DNA of 64,000 bases from Calditrichia bacterium (GTDB lineage: Bacteria > Calditrichota > Calditrichia > JAJRVZ01). The stretch lies in contig CAVZSQ010000015.1 in the NCBI GenBank assembly GCA_963777955.1, positions 192,001-256,000 of the forward strand. The letters run 5' to 3'. The notes beneath the pieces are model-generated. The model was given only the letters and a program-made list of their open reading frames with translations, searched no databases and was not told where the DNA came from. How positions within the stretch are numbered: the stretch's first letter is position 1; each line of letters opens with the position of its first letter. Positions 1-8,877 of this stretch are shown here, piece by piece. Made by a program: the position numbers and the translations under genes.

Positions 1-196
1 CCACGGTCCGTCCGCCGGCACTACGGGCGCCCTTGCAGGCTGCTTCCATGACACCCCCTAATCCGCCACAGACAACGGTATACCCTCTCCTGGCCAATTC
101 CTGACCAGCCTGAAAAGCCAGTTCATATACCTGTTGATCACAACTGCGTGCCCCGATGACAGCGATCATCAATTGCACCCCTTCGGCCGGCCGCAT
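1..196 (-). CDS. TIGR00725/LOG-family Rossmann-fold protein, N-terminal part (runs off the window edge; not in ORF track)
   Basis: Manual translation from ATG at 196 (overlaps asnS TGA): [65 protein letters not shown]; GGxxGxMEA motif of the LOG/TIGR00725 family. Confidence 0.85.
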   Translation of the reverse strand, partial: MRPAEGVQLMIAVIGARSCDQQVYELAFQAGQELARRGYTVVCGGLGGVMEAACKGARSAGGRTV

Positions 197-1491
197 CAGG
201 GATAAATCCGCTGCATCAGCCTGGGAAACGGAATCGCTTCCCGTAAATGCTTCAATCCGCAGATCCAGGAAACTGTACGTTCAATACCCAGACCAAAACC
301 TGAATGCGGAACCGAACCGTACCTGCGTAAATCAAGATACCATTGAAACGCATCTTCAGGCAATTTATGCGCACGGATTCGCTGCAGCAATGCATCATAA
401 TCATCTTCGCGCTGGGATCCGCCGATGATTTCACCATACCCCTCCGGTGCCAGCATGTCCATGGCCAGGGCATACGACTCGTTCTGCGGATCACGTTTCA
501 TATAAAAAGCCTTGATAGCTGCGGGATAATGGTGCACGATAACCGGCCGGTCAAATTTTTCAGAGATAACTGTCTCGTCTGCTGCACCGAAATCGCCGCC
601 GTAGGTAAAGTCGGCATTAACCTTTTTCAGAATTTCCACGGCCTCGTCATAATGTATTCGTGGAAATGGCGTCTCAATTTTTTCCAGTTTACCGACATCC
701 CGTTCCAACTTCTGCAATTCCGGCAGCCTGTTTTTCAATACGCTCTTGACCATATGTGTGACAAATTCTTCGGCTAATTTCATATCGTCGTTCAGATCAT
801 AAAAAGCAACTTCCGGTTCGATCATCCAGAATTCTGTCAGATGGCGGCGGGTCTTTGATTTTTCGGCGCGAAAGGTCGGACCGAAACAGTATATTTTCCC
901 AAAAGCCATGGCCGCCGCTTCCCCGTATAATTGTCCGGACTGAGTCAGATAGGCATTGCTGCCGAAGTAATCGGTGGAGAATAATGTGGTAGTACCTTCG
1001 GCTGCATTGGGAGTGAAAATCGGAGTATCGATCAGGACAAAATCACGGCTGTCGAAGAATTCCCGGGCGGCGCGGATAATTTCATGGCGGATGCGTAAAA
1101 TAGCATGCTGTAAAGAAGAACGAATCCACAAATGCCGGTGATCCATCAGGAAATCGGTGCCATGATCTTTTTTGGAAATAGGATAATCCTGGGCCAGTTG
1201 CAGGATCTCCACTGCAGTAGCCTGAATCTCATAGCCGATTGGAGCACGGGGGTCCTTTTTTACCCTGCCGGTCAGGCGACAGGAACTTTCCTGCTGGATC
1301 AAGTCAGCGTTCTGAAATGTTTTTTCAGATACATCCCCTTGAAACACCACACATTGAATAGTTGCCGTACCATCCCGCACCAGTAAAAATCTTAGTTTAC
1401 CGCTGGACCGTTTGTTATAAAGCCAGCCCTGCAACGTCACTTCCTGATTTTCATATTGAGCTACATCTTTAATATAGATATTATCCGCCAT
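196..1491 (-). CDS. asnS: Asparagine--tRNA ligase
   Basis: OB-fold N-terminus, class II motifs ([52 protein letters not shown]). Confidence 0.97.
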   Translation of the reverse strand: MADNIYIKDVAQYENQEVTLQGWLYNKRSSGKLRFLLVRDGTATIQCVVFQGDVSEKTFQNADLIQQESSCRLTGRVKKDPRAPIGYEIQATAVEILQLAQDYPISKKDHGTDFLMDHRHLWIRSSLQHAILRIRHEIIRAAREFFDSRDFVLIDTPIFTPNAAEGTTTLFSTDYFGSNAYLTQSGQLYGEAAAMAFGKIYCFGPTFRAEKSKTRRHLTEFWMIEPEVAFYDLNDDMKLAEEFVTHMVKSVLKNRLPELQKLERDVGKLEKIETPFPRIHYDEAVEILKKVNADFTYGGDFGAADETVISEKFDRPVIVHHYPAAIKAFYMKRDPQNESYALAMDMLAPEGYGEIIGGSQREDDYDALLQRIRAHKLPEDAFQWYLDLRRYGSVPHSGFGLGIERTVSWICGLKHLREAIPFPRLMQRIYP

Positions 1492-1550
1492 GTCTGGTCC
1501 ACCCTGCTGTCTGATTGTCAGAATCGTTAAAGAATATTCTTTAGTATTTT

Positions 1551-1579
1551 AATTTAGCAATTAGCCATATTGTATTCAA
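1551..1579 (-). promoter_or_regulatory. Putative sigma-70 promoter for asnS
   Basis: TTGAAT-N17-TAAATT on the minus strand, with TGn extended -10. Confidence 0.5.
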
Positions 1580-1647
1580 GGGATTCTTAAACCGCCGTTA
1601 TGGTCGGTTTTGCTGCTCGATATGAAAGAATCGCAAATCCGCTGATT

Positions 1648-2487
1648 TTATTTAGTCAGTATGATCGGTTTCAGCGCTTTACGCATTACCTGCACCGTCG
1701 TACTGCCAATGATCGCTTCGCGGATACGGGAATGGCCGTAACTGCCCATTAACAGCGCTGTAGGTTGCGGACTTTTTTCAGTTATCTGTATGAGCACAGT
1801 GGCAGGGTCTCCGCCTTCCGACCGAAGATTCATGGTGATTTGATAAGGCTGCAAATAATTTCTGGCTTCGCTCAGGATATTCGCACGCTCGAGTTCTTCC
1901 TCGTGTACCGAGACCACTTCCAGTGGTAGTTTTAATTCCTGGGCCAGATATGCGGATAGTTTGAGCGCCTGGGTACCCGATTCACTGCGGTCATAAGCAC
2001 AGGTGAGAGTTTTGAACGGCAGATAAGTTTTATCCACAATCATTAAAGGGGTCTGTATCTGGCGTGAGACCGCCTCCAAGGTAGCGCCAAGTAACCGGTC
2101 ACCCCAGCGGGCGTAATCACCTCGCGCACCCATGATGACCAGGTCCACCTGCCTGGCCAGTTCACAGATCATTTCAACAGGTGAACCTTCCAATTTACCG
2201 CTGTCGAAACTAAGCCCTGCTTTTTGTATCCTCTCCCCTACTTTGCCGAGTAAAGTATCTGCACGCTCATTATGAAATTTATGCGATTCTTCATGAAACA
2301 TATTTGAAGGAATCACCGGCATATATCCTTCGGCACCCGTGTTCAATACCCAATCATAGATGCGCACATCGACAATGCTATAGGCACGGATATGTGCTTT
2401 TAACTTCTGAGCCAGATCCAGCCCATAAGTAACAACTGCAGCAGTATAAACAGATCCGTCGACAGCTAAAAGTATGGATTTAATCAT
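1648..2487 (-). CDS. Universal stress protein (tandem UspA domains)
   Basis: ILLAVDGS start, DLVIMGARG, LLMGSYGHSRIREAIIGSTT motifs. Confidence 0.92.
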   Translation of the reverse strand: MIKSILLAVDGSVYTAAVVTYGLDLAQKLKAHIRAYSIVDVRIYDWVLNTGAEGYMPVIPSNMFHEESHKFHNERADTLLGKVGERIQKAGLSFDSGKLEGSPVEMICELARQVDLVIMGARGDYARWGDRLLGATLEAVSRQIQTPLMIVDKTYLPFKTLTCAYDRSESGTQALKLSAYLAQELKLPLEVVSVHEEELERANILSEARNYLQPYQITMNLRSEGGDPATVLIQITEKSPQPTALLMGSYGHSRIREAIIGSTTVQVMRKALKPIILTK

Positions 2488-2505
2488 GGCCTTCTCCTCA
2501 ATTAA

Positions 2506-3507
2506 TTAATCCCTGTTTTCGATCTTTGATTCACGGGTCATTAATTCCTGCACGGCTTTGAGGGGTGATTTATCTGCATATAATGTTTTATACACTTGTT
2601 CAGTTATAGGCATCTCTACCTTTTTATGCTGAGCGAGTTCAAAGGCCGACGCGGTGGTATAAACTCCCTCGGCCACCATGACCATGTCTTTTAATATATC
2701 CGTCAATTTGCGGCCCTTGCCAATTTCTTCGCCGACAAAACGATTCCGGGAATGCCGGCTCATGCAGGTCACGATCAGATCGCCCATCCCGGACAGACCT
2801 GCAAAAGTATCCGCATTAGCTCCACATTTAATCCCCAGACGCGTAATCTCAACCAGTCCACGGGTCATCAATGCTGCTTTGGTGTTATCGCCAAATCCGG
2901 CACCATCACATATTCCGGCAGCCAGAGCTATGATATTTTTAAGTGCACCACCCAATTCGACTCCAATGACATCGAAATTAGCATATACACGAAATGTTGG
3001 AGTACTGAACAGGTTCTGGACCAGTTTGGCTACATTCTCTGCATTACTGGCAGCAACTACTGCGGTGGGAATATTTCTGCTGACTTCTTCAGCATGACTG
3101 GGACCGGATAGTACGGCAATCTTGTCAACGGCAATACCGCCCACCCGCTGTAAAACTTCTGACACCCGCAACAAAGATTTTTTCTCGATCCCCTTGGCCA
3201 CACTCACCCAGATCGTTTCGACCGGGATATTCTCACGGATCTGTTCTAAAACGGGACGAATAACCTGGGAAGGTACAGCGACGACAATAACTTCAGCCCG
3301 GGTTAAACTATCTTCCAGCGAATTGCTGAAGGCAATTGATGCCGGGATATCTACACCGGGCAGAAACCGTTTATTCTGACCGGTATTTTTAATATTTTCG
3401 ATATCCTCTTTTTCATAGGACCAGCAGGAAACCTGGTGGTGATTCTGGTTGAGAATCAAGGCCAGACTGGTACCCCAGCTACCGGCACCCAGTATCGAGA
3501 CCTTCAA
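2506..3507 (-). CDS. gpsA: NAD(P)H-dependent glycerol-3-phosphate dehydrogenase
   Basis: GAGSWG Rossmann motif, LSGPSHAEEV, ELGGALKN, GDLIVTCMSRHSRN. Confidence 0.97.
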   Translation of the reverse strand: MKVSILGAGSWGTSLALILNQNHHQVSCWSYEKEDIENIKNTGQNKRFLPGVDIPASIAFSNSLEDSLTRAEVIVVAVPSQVIRPVLEQIRENIPVETIWVSVAKGIEKKSLLRVSEVLQRVGGIAVDKIAVLSGPSHAEEVSRNIPTAVVAASNAENVAKLVQNLFSTPTFRVYANFDVIGVELGGALKNIIALAAGICDGAGFGDNTKAALMTRGLVEITRLGIKCGANADTFAGLSGMGDLIVTCMSRHSRNRFVGEEIGKGRKLTDILKDMVMVAEGVYTTASAFELAQHKKVEMPITEQVYKTLYADKSPLKAVQELMTRESKIENRD

Positions 3508-4163
3508 GCAGAACTCTCTTTCTTAGTGAATGATATTTTATTTTCATTACCCTGGATCAATCGTTTGATATTCTGGCGATGAGTGAAAATGATCAACAGT
3601 GCTAATAAGATACTCAGGACGATCATAGCAACAGGAATTTCCAGATGCAAGAGTAATTTATCAGCCAGTAAGATAATTGGCAGTAAAATGGCACTGATTA
3701 TTGAACCCAGGGAAACATAGCGTGTTTTTGCTACTATGAGTATAAAAACTATCAGGCAAATTAAAACTGGAAAGGGTTGCAGACCCAAAACGACCCCGGC
3801 TGCTGTACCTACCCCTTTTCCTCCCCGGAATCCGGCAAAAATAGTCCAGATATGGCCGAGTATGGCTATTATCCCGGCCATGATTTGCCAGTAGATGCGG
3901 GAGTCCGTATCGGACCATAATTGTGGAAACAGACGTATAAGCAGCCAGGCGGCTAAAAATCCCTTCAGGATATCAATTATTAACACAATCAGGCCGGCCC
4001 GCCAGCCCAGTACCCGGAAAACGTTAGTTGCACCGGCATTACCACTGCCGTGTTGGCGTATGTCAATGTTTTTTAAAACCTTGCCCGCAATGATTGCGGT
4101 CGGTACAGACCCTAATAAATAACCGGCAGTGGCCAGAATTATTATGGCAAATACATTATCCAT
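3504..4163 (-). CDS. plsY: Glycerol-3-phosphate acyltransferase PlsY
   Basis: YLLGSVP, DIRQHGSGNAGATN, FRGGKGVGT, HRQNIKRL motifs; multi-TM. Confidence 0.96.
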   Translation of the reverse strand: MDNVFAIIILATAGYLLGSVPTAIIAGKVLKNIDIRQHGSGNAGATNVFRVLGWRAGLIVLIIDILKGFLAAWLLIRLFPQLWSDTDSRIYWQIMAGIIAILGHIWTIFAGFRGGKGVGTAAGVVLGLQPFPVLICLIVFILIVAKTRYVSLGSIISAILLPIILLADKLLLHLEIPVAMIVLSILLALLIIFTHRQNIKRLIQGNENKISFTKKESSA

Positions 4164-4284
4164 TTCCTTGTCCTTAAGAGCAAATCCTCAAGAATCAAAA
4201 CCTGTCAAAAATATAAGGAATATTTAAAAGAATTTCTTATTATTTAATTTATCCAGTAAAGTATTCAAAAAGTGGCCGGGCCGG

Positions 4285-4316
4285 CAGGCCAGATCAGTAA
4301 TTGATGGTCTGGCCTG
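4285..4316 (-). terminator. Hairpin downstream of the response regulator, possible terminator of the accessory operon
   Basis: caggccaga (4285-4293) / tctggcctg (4308-4316) 9-bp perfect stem; U-tract is not immediately adjacent. Confidence 0.4.
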
Positions 4317-4349
4317 AGCGGAATAATATTGATTACCAGGATTTAGAAT

Positions 4350-5750
4350 TTATTTATTGGTTATGGACAGTTGTTTTAATTTTCTGCACAACCATTCCCT
4401 GCTGATTCCCGCCTCCTCGGCGGTCTTTTTCATATTCCAGTTATGCTTATTCAGCAGTTCGGTGAAGTATATTCTGTTGAATTCGTCAAGGGCCTTCGGA
4501 TGTTTGCTCTGCAAAATCGCATCGATCTCCCTGTGTCCGGTTATCCGGTTCCGGTTATGAAACTTGCGCTGTTGTTTGAAGCGTAAATCGGATGGATGTA
4601 TTATATTTCCGGTACAGAATACGAAAGCATCTTCAATGATATTCCTTAATTCACGGACATTTCCGGGAAAAGTATAATTTTTCAACTGGGCCAGGGCCGG
4701 ATTAGAAAGCACCAGTTGTTTATTGCGCTGGGTATTGAATTTTTCGAGAAAAAATAAAGCCAGCGGTTCAATATCTTCCGGGTGTTCACGCAGGGGCGGA
4801 ATGGTGATTTTAATGACGTTCAACCGGAAAAAAAGGTCTTCCCGGAATCTGTTACGATGTACGAGTTGTTCGATATCCCGGTTCGAGGCAGCCAGGATCA
4901 TGACATTGACGCGGATGGGGCGTTTACCGCCGATACGATAAATTTCTTTTTCTTCAAGTGCCCGCAGCAACACTCCTTGCAGCGGCATGGGCAGTTCACT
5001 GATTTCGTCCAGGAACAAAACACCTTCATGAGCCTGTTCGAATTTTCCCTGCCGGCTGGCATAGGCTCCGGTGAAAGCTCCCCGCTCATGCCCGAATAAC
5101 TCGCTTTCCAGGAGATTGTCCGGAATCGCAGCGCAGTTGATCGGTATGAAGGGGGCATAATTGCGTTTACTCAGCATATGGATAGTCCGGGCAAACAGGT
5201 CTTTACCGGATCCGCTTTCTCCTTCGATTAAACAGGTCGCATGGGCGTCCTCGGCGATCTTCAATACCTTGCCCATCAGTTCCTTGATTTGCCTGGACAG
5301 GCCGATTATCTGGTAGTCGTTGAATTGCTGGCGCACGGTCTGGCGCAATATCTCATTTTCAATGGTCAGATGCTGGAGTTCTTTCTTTCGTTTAATCAGA
5401 TTTTCAACGCGGATCATCAATTCATCGAGAGTGAATCCCTTGACAGCGAAATCATCGGCACCTGCCTGTATGGTGGCAACCGCATTTTCCACCGACTCAT
5501 ATGCAGTCATAGCCAGAATAAGCGGCCGGTACATTTGATTGCGGGCGCATTTGATTACCGCTAAACCGTCATTTGCTTCGGGAAACATCAGATCGATAAT
5601 CACTGCATCGAATTCATCAGTTTCAATAAAATTAAGAGCTTCCTCTTTGGTATCAGCGGTTATGATTTCGAGCCCCTCCTGTTCCTGCAAATGAAAGCGG
5701 ATACCTTTGAGGATCGTCTCGTCATCATCACCAATAAGAATCCGGTACAT
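4350..5750 (-). CDS. NtrC-family sigma-54-dependent response regulator (receiver + AAA+ + Fis-type HTH)
   Basis: Receiver (ILIGDDD...IIDLMFP), Walker A GESGSGKD, intact GAFTGA, Walker B LFLDEI, FPGNVRELRN, C-terminal HTH NMKKTAEEAGISREWLCRKL. Confidence 0.95.
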   Translation of the reverse strand: MYRILIGDDDETILKGIRFHLQEQEGLEIITADTKEEALNFIETDEFDAVIIDLMFPEANDGLAVIKCARNQMYRPLILAMTAYESVENAVATIQAGADDFAVKGFTLDELMIRVENLIKRKKELQHLTIENEILRQTVRQQFNDYQIIGLSRQIKELMGKVLKIAEDAHATCLIEGESGSGKDLFARTIHMLSKRNYAPFIPINCAAIPDNLLESELFGHERGAFTGAYASRQGKFEQAHEGVLFLDEISELPMPLQGVLLRALEEKEIYRIGGKRPIRVNVMILAASNRDIEQLVHRNRFREDLFFRLNVIKITIPPLREHPEDIEPLALFFLEKFNTQRNKQLVLSNPALAQLKNYTFPGNVRELRNIIEDAFVFCTGNIIHPSDLRFKQQRKFHNRNRITGHREIDAILQSKHPKALDEFNRIYFTELLNKHNWNMKKTAEEAGISREWLCRKLKQLSITNK

Positions 5751-5777
5751 ATGTTCTACCTTATCTGCTGATACTCG

Positions 5778-7160
5778 TTAAACCGGTAAAATGACCTTGA
5801 AGATGGAACCAACACCCGGTTGGCTGTCAACCTGGATTTCACCGCCATGCAGGTTAATGGTTCGTTTTACCATGGCCAGGCCCAGACCGTGCCCCTGGTT
5901 TTTCATAGAAAAAAACGGGCGGAAAATTGCCTGCAATTTTTCCTTAGGGATACCGCAGCCGGAATCGCTGACAATAATATAAATCTTTCCGGACCATTCC
6001 GTGCTGACCGATACTTCGCCCTTCTCCCGGGTTGCTTCCAGCGCATTCACAATGAGATTTTTTAGCGCCATGAATAACAGGCGGGGATCACCGTTAAATA
6101 TAGGTATATTAGGATCATAATTTCTATTTTTTATTACAGAATTGTGGTTGCTGACCTCGTCGATTGCCTTATTGACCAGGGTGTTGATATCAATAGCTTC
6201 CCTGTTCAATTCTGACGCTTTAGCCATATCCAGAGTCCGGCGTACAAAGACTTCAACCTTTTGCGAAGCCGAGAGGATTTCCTCGCTGTATTTACGTAAA
6301 GGACTGTTTTCCTCTAATCGTCGATTCAGTCCGTCCGCCAGCAAGTGGATTCCGGTCAGAGGATTTTTCAGGTCATGAATTATGTACGAGGCAAATTCGC
6401 CGATCATGATCAATCCCTCGTGGGCGCTGCGCTCATTAATCAGATTCACCAATTGAGCGGATAATTGATTCAGCGAATGAATCATCTGGCCGATTTCATC
6501 TTCACCGTAACCGGTGATGGCCTGATCGAATTTACCCTGGCCATAGGCCCGGGCCAGATTAGAAACAGCGGTAATCGGTTTAACCACCCGGCGGGCCAGA
6601 TAATATGAAAGAATTATACTGAAGATAATGGCCAGCAAACCTATACCGGCAATGGTACTGAAGAGTCCGGTAAACAGATTCTCAGCCAGATATTGAATGC
6701 GGACCGTACCGATTCGTCTATTCAATTGCAGCACGGGTACATAGGTTTCCCAGACAGTTTGATCGCGCTCATCGGTCAGACGCATGAGTTGCAGTTTGTC
6801 TGTCTGCATCGCCTGCACAGTTAATGAATCGCTACAGGTAATACCGCGTTGGCCGGGATCATCGGCGGCAATGACTTTTCCGCTGGAATCCAATAATACG
6901 ATGGATAAAATATCCCGGCTTTCCATCATGCTGTCGATCAATAACTGAATCACGGCATAGTCATCGAGCAGGATGGCATTTAAACTGGTATAGGCCAGAG
7001 TTTTAGCTAAACGGAATGCTTTATCTTCTGCCTGTTTGCGTATCGTATTCTGCTGAAATAAATAGATGGCCATGGAAATCAGCATAATAATCAATGCGGT
7101 CAGACCGGCAAAATAAAGGAAAAACTTCGAGCGCAATTTCAGCTTTTGCCAGATATTCAT
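5778..7160 (-). CDS. Membrane sensor histidine kinase (2 TM, periplasmic Cache-like domain, HAMP, HisKA, HATPase)
   Basis: H-box IIHDLKNPL, N-box KNLIVNALEA, G1 DSGCGI, F-box IFRPFFS, G2 GHGLGL; HAMP KPITAV...DEIGQM. Confidence 0.95.
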   Translation of the reverse strand: MNIWQKLKLRSKFFLYFAGLTALIIMLISMAIYLFQQNTIRKQAEDKAFRLAKTLAYTSLNAILLDDYAVIQLLIDSMMESRDILSIVLLDSSGKVIAADDPGQRGITCSDSLTVQAMQTDKLQLMRLTDERDQTVWETYVPVLQLNRRIGTVRIQYLAENLFTGLFSTIAGIGLLAIIFSIILSYYLARRVVKPITAVSNLARAYGQGKFDQAITGYGEDEIGQMIHSLNQLSAQLVNLINERSAHEGLIMIGEFASYIIHDLKNPLTGIHLLADGLNRRLEENSPLRKYSEEILSASQKVEVFVRRTLDMAKASELNREAIDINTLVNKAIDEVSNHNSVIKNRNYDPNIPIFNGDPRLLFMALKNLIVNALEATREKGEVSVSTEWSGKIYIIVSDSGCGIPKEKLQAIFRPFFSMKNQGHGLGLAMVKRTINLHGGEIQVDSQPGVGSIFKVILPV

Positions 7161-7165
7161 GATAT

Positions 7166-8659
7166 TTAATTGTGTTTATTCAATATAACTGAATTAAAGT
7201 CTAAAATTTGATATGGTGACATGGATATATGCTTGATCCTTTCTGAATCTACTGCGAAATGCGGTATAACATGGTCCAGAAAAACTGCCGGCGTCTCGGC
7301 CAGAATTATCGAGACGATTTCTTTGTAGATTTGATTTCGTTCGTTCATGTCATATTTAGTCTCGGCCAGGTCTAATAAACTATCGACCTTGGAATTATAA
7401 TACTTCAGTGAATTCGCCGGAGATTTCGAATGGAACAGTGTCCATAAAAAATACCAGGGATCGCCGATTATATCGCTGTCATAGGCGTCAAAAAACATCT
7501 GTGCACGATCCGACATAATTGCGCCTATATGTTGAGGCCAGTTTTCGGATTCTTCGGTCTGCAGATATATTCCCGAAGTACGCAACTGTGCTTTTAATAG
7601 TTCAATCCAGGTATGGCGGGAACTTTTATTGGATAGCAAGAAAAAGCGGGTAACCAGGTTACCCTGAAATCCAGCTTCCTTGAACATCTTGCGGGCGAGA
7701 GCGAGGTTCTGGCCTGCCTGGACCGCTGTCCCTAAATTATAAATGGGCGGTAGCGGTCCCACGGCTGGAATTGCATTCCCGCGGTTGGAGTTATAAACCA
7801 GCCGAGGAATATTCAAGGCATATAAAATAGCTTTACGTATACGGGGATCGTTAAAAGGGGCCGCCCGATTATTGAAGCCAATAAAAATTACGTTTAAGGG
7901 CTTATTCGACACATAGTCTATCTTGCCGGTCCATTTCAACCGGTCGATGATCGATCCTGAAATAAGATAAACAATATCTACTTCCCTGTCCTCAATCGCA
8001 TAGGCTGATGATTCATAGTTGCTGTACAGAATGAATTCAATCTTTTTTACCTGTGATAATTTCTGCCAGCATTCCGGATTCTGTTTGAGGATTATTCTGG
8101 TACTGCCTTGCTGCTCATGTATAAAATAAGGGCCGGTTCCGTTACGGTTTTTATTTTTTTCTGTCATTGGCGATTGAATCAGCATGACATAAGGCGAACA
8201 CAGCGCATATAAAAACGGAGCAAAATCATTCTTTAACTGTATTGCAAAAGTCAGGGAATCAATCACGGCTACCTTTTTAATCCGGCCCTGCAGTAACCAA
8301 TTACTTTTTTCGCTGCGGTAGCGTTCTATGCTGTAGAGAATATCATCCACACTCAGCTGATGCCCGTCCTGGAAACGGACATCAGGCCTGAGTGTGAAAC
8401 GATAGATATTACTGTCAGGATTGACGGTCCAGCGCATAGCCAGATTGGGTAAAATAGTCTGGTAATCTGAATCCAACCGTAACAGGGTTTCATAAATCTG
8501 GCTTTGGATTTGCACATCATAAACCCCGTCATGATAGACCGGGTCAAATCCGTGTGGCATCTCCTCGATAGCCATGCGGATAGTTTCCACATCTGCGCAT
8601 GTCCAGGCCAGGACACTACTGCTAATAAATAAAAATATTTTCGTTATTTTTACTTTCAC
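7166..8659 (-). CDS. Family-5 (OppA/DppA/NikA-like) extracellular solute-binding protein, no permease genes adjacent
   Basis: FDP, IYETLL, PNLAMRW, FTLRPDVRFQDG, NGTGPY, PFNDPRIRKAI, Y.NSKVDSLL motifs; N-terminal signal ending in a possible lipoprotein Cys (AWTC). Confidence 0.92.
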   Translation of the reverse strand: MKVKITKIFLFISSSVLAWTCADVETIRMAIEEMPHGFDPVYHDGVYDVQIQSQIYETLLRLDSDYQTILPNLAMRWTVNPDSNIYRFTLRPDVRFQDGHQLSVDDILYSIERYRSEKSNWLLQGRIKKVAVIDSLTFAIQLKNDFAPFLYALCSPYVMLIQSPMTEKNKNRNGTGPYFIHEQQGSTRIILKQNPECWQKLSQVKKIEFILYSNYESSAYAIEDREVDIVYLISGSIIDRLKWTGKIDYVSNKPLNVIFIGFNNRAAPFNDPRIRKAILYALNIPRLVYNSNRGNAIPAVGPLPPIYNLGTAVQAGQNLALARKMFKEAGFQGNLVTRFFLLSNKSSRHTWIELLKAQLRTSGIYLQTEESENWPQHIGAIMSDRAQMFFDAYDSDIIGDPWYFLWTLFHSKSPANSLKYYNSKVDSLLDLAETKYDMNERNQIYKEIVSIILAETPAVFLDHVIPHFAVDSERIKHISMSPYQILDFNSVILNKHN

Positions 8660-8721
8660 CTACCAACAAATATTTTTAAGTATACACGACTATCATTTTA
8701 CTAATGCTGGAGAGCCTGTTT

Positions 8722-8841
8722 CTACTCAATCGTACGTGCGGCTATTCTCTGACATTGAGCCAGCACTTGTGGTGTAAAAGTAACGAACATGAAAAGCAGA
8801 ATCCATGCTTTTTTGATCCGGCGAAATAATTTCTTGTACAT
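8722..8841 (-). CDS. 39-aa small secreted peptide / putative RiPP or autoinducer precursor (not in ORF track)
   Basis: AAGGAGG RBS (8847-8853) 5 nt before ATG; MYKKLFRRIKKAWILLFMFVTFTPQVLAQCQRIAARTIE*; basic n-region, hydrophobic h-region, P-x-V-x-A cleavage-type site; lies between the radical SAM and binding-protein genes on the same strand. Confidence 0.8.
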   Translation of the reverse strand: MYKKLFRRIKKAWILLFMFVTFTPQVLAQCQRIAARTIE

Positions 8842-8877
8842 ATAAACCTCCTTGTTTAGATGGGTTAAAATGTTAAA

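Noticed and set aside
8679..8710. Internal sigma-70 promoter for SBP-HK-RR (TATACT on the minus strand)
   Set aside because: Good -10 hexamer but no recognisable -35 or TGn extension; plausible for basal sensor expression but unsupported.
8812..8841. Tat signal in the small peptide (FRRIKK)
   Set aside because: Has twin Arg but lacks the S/T-R-R-x-F-L-K consensus; looks like a Sec n-region.
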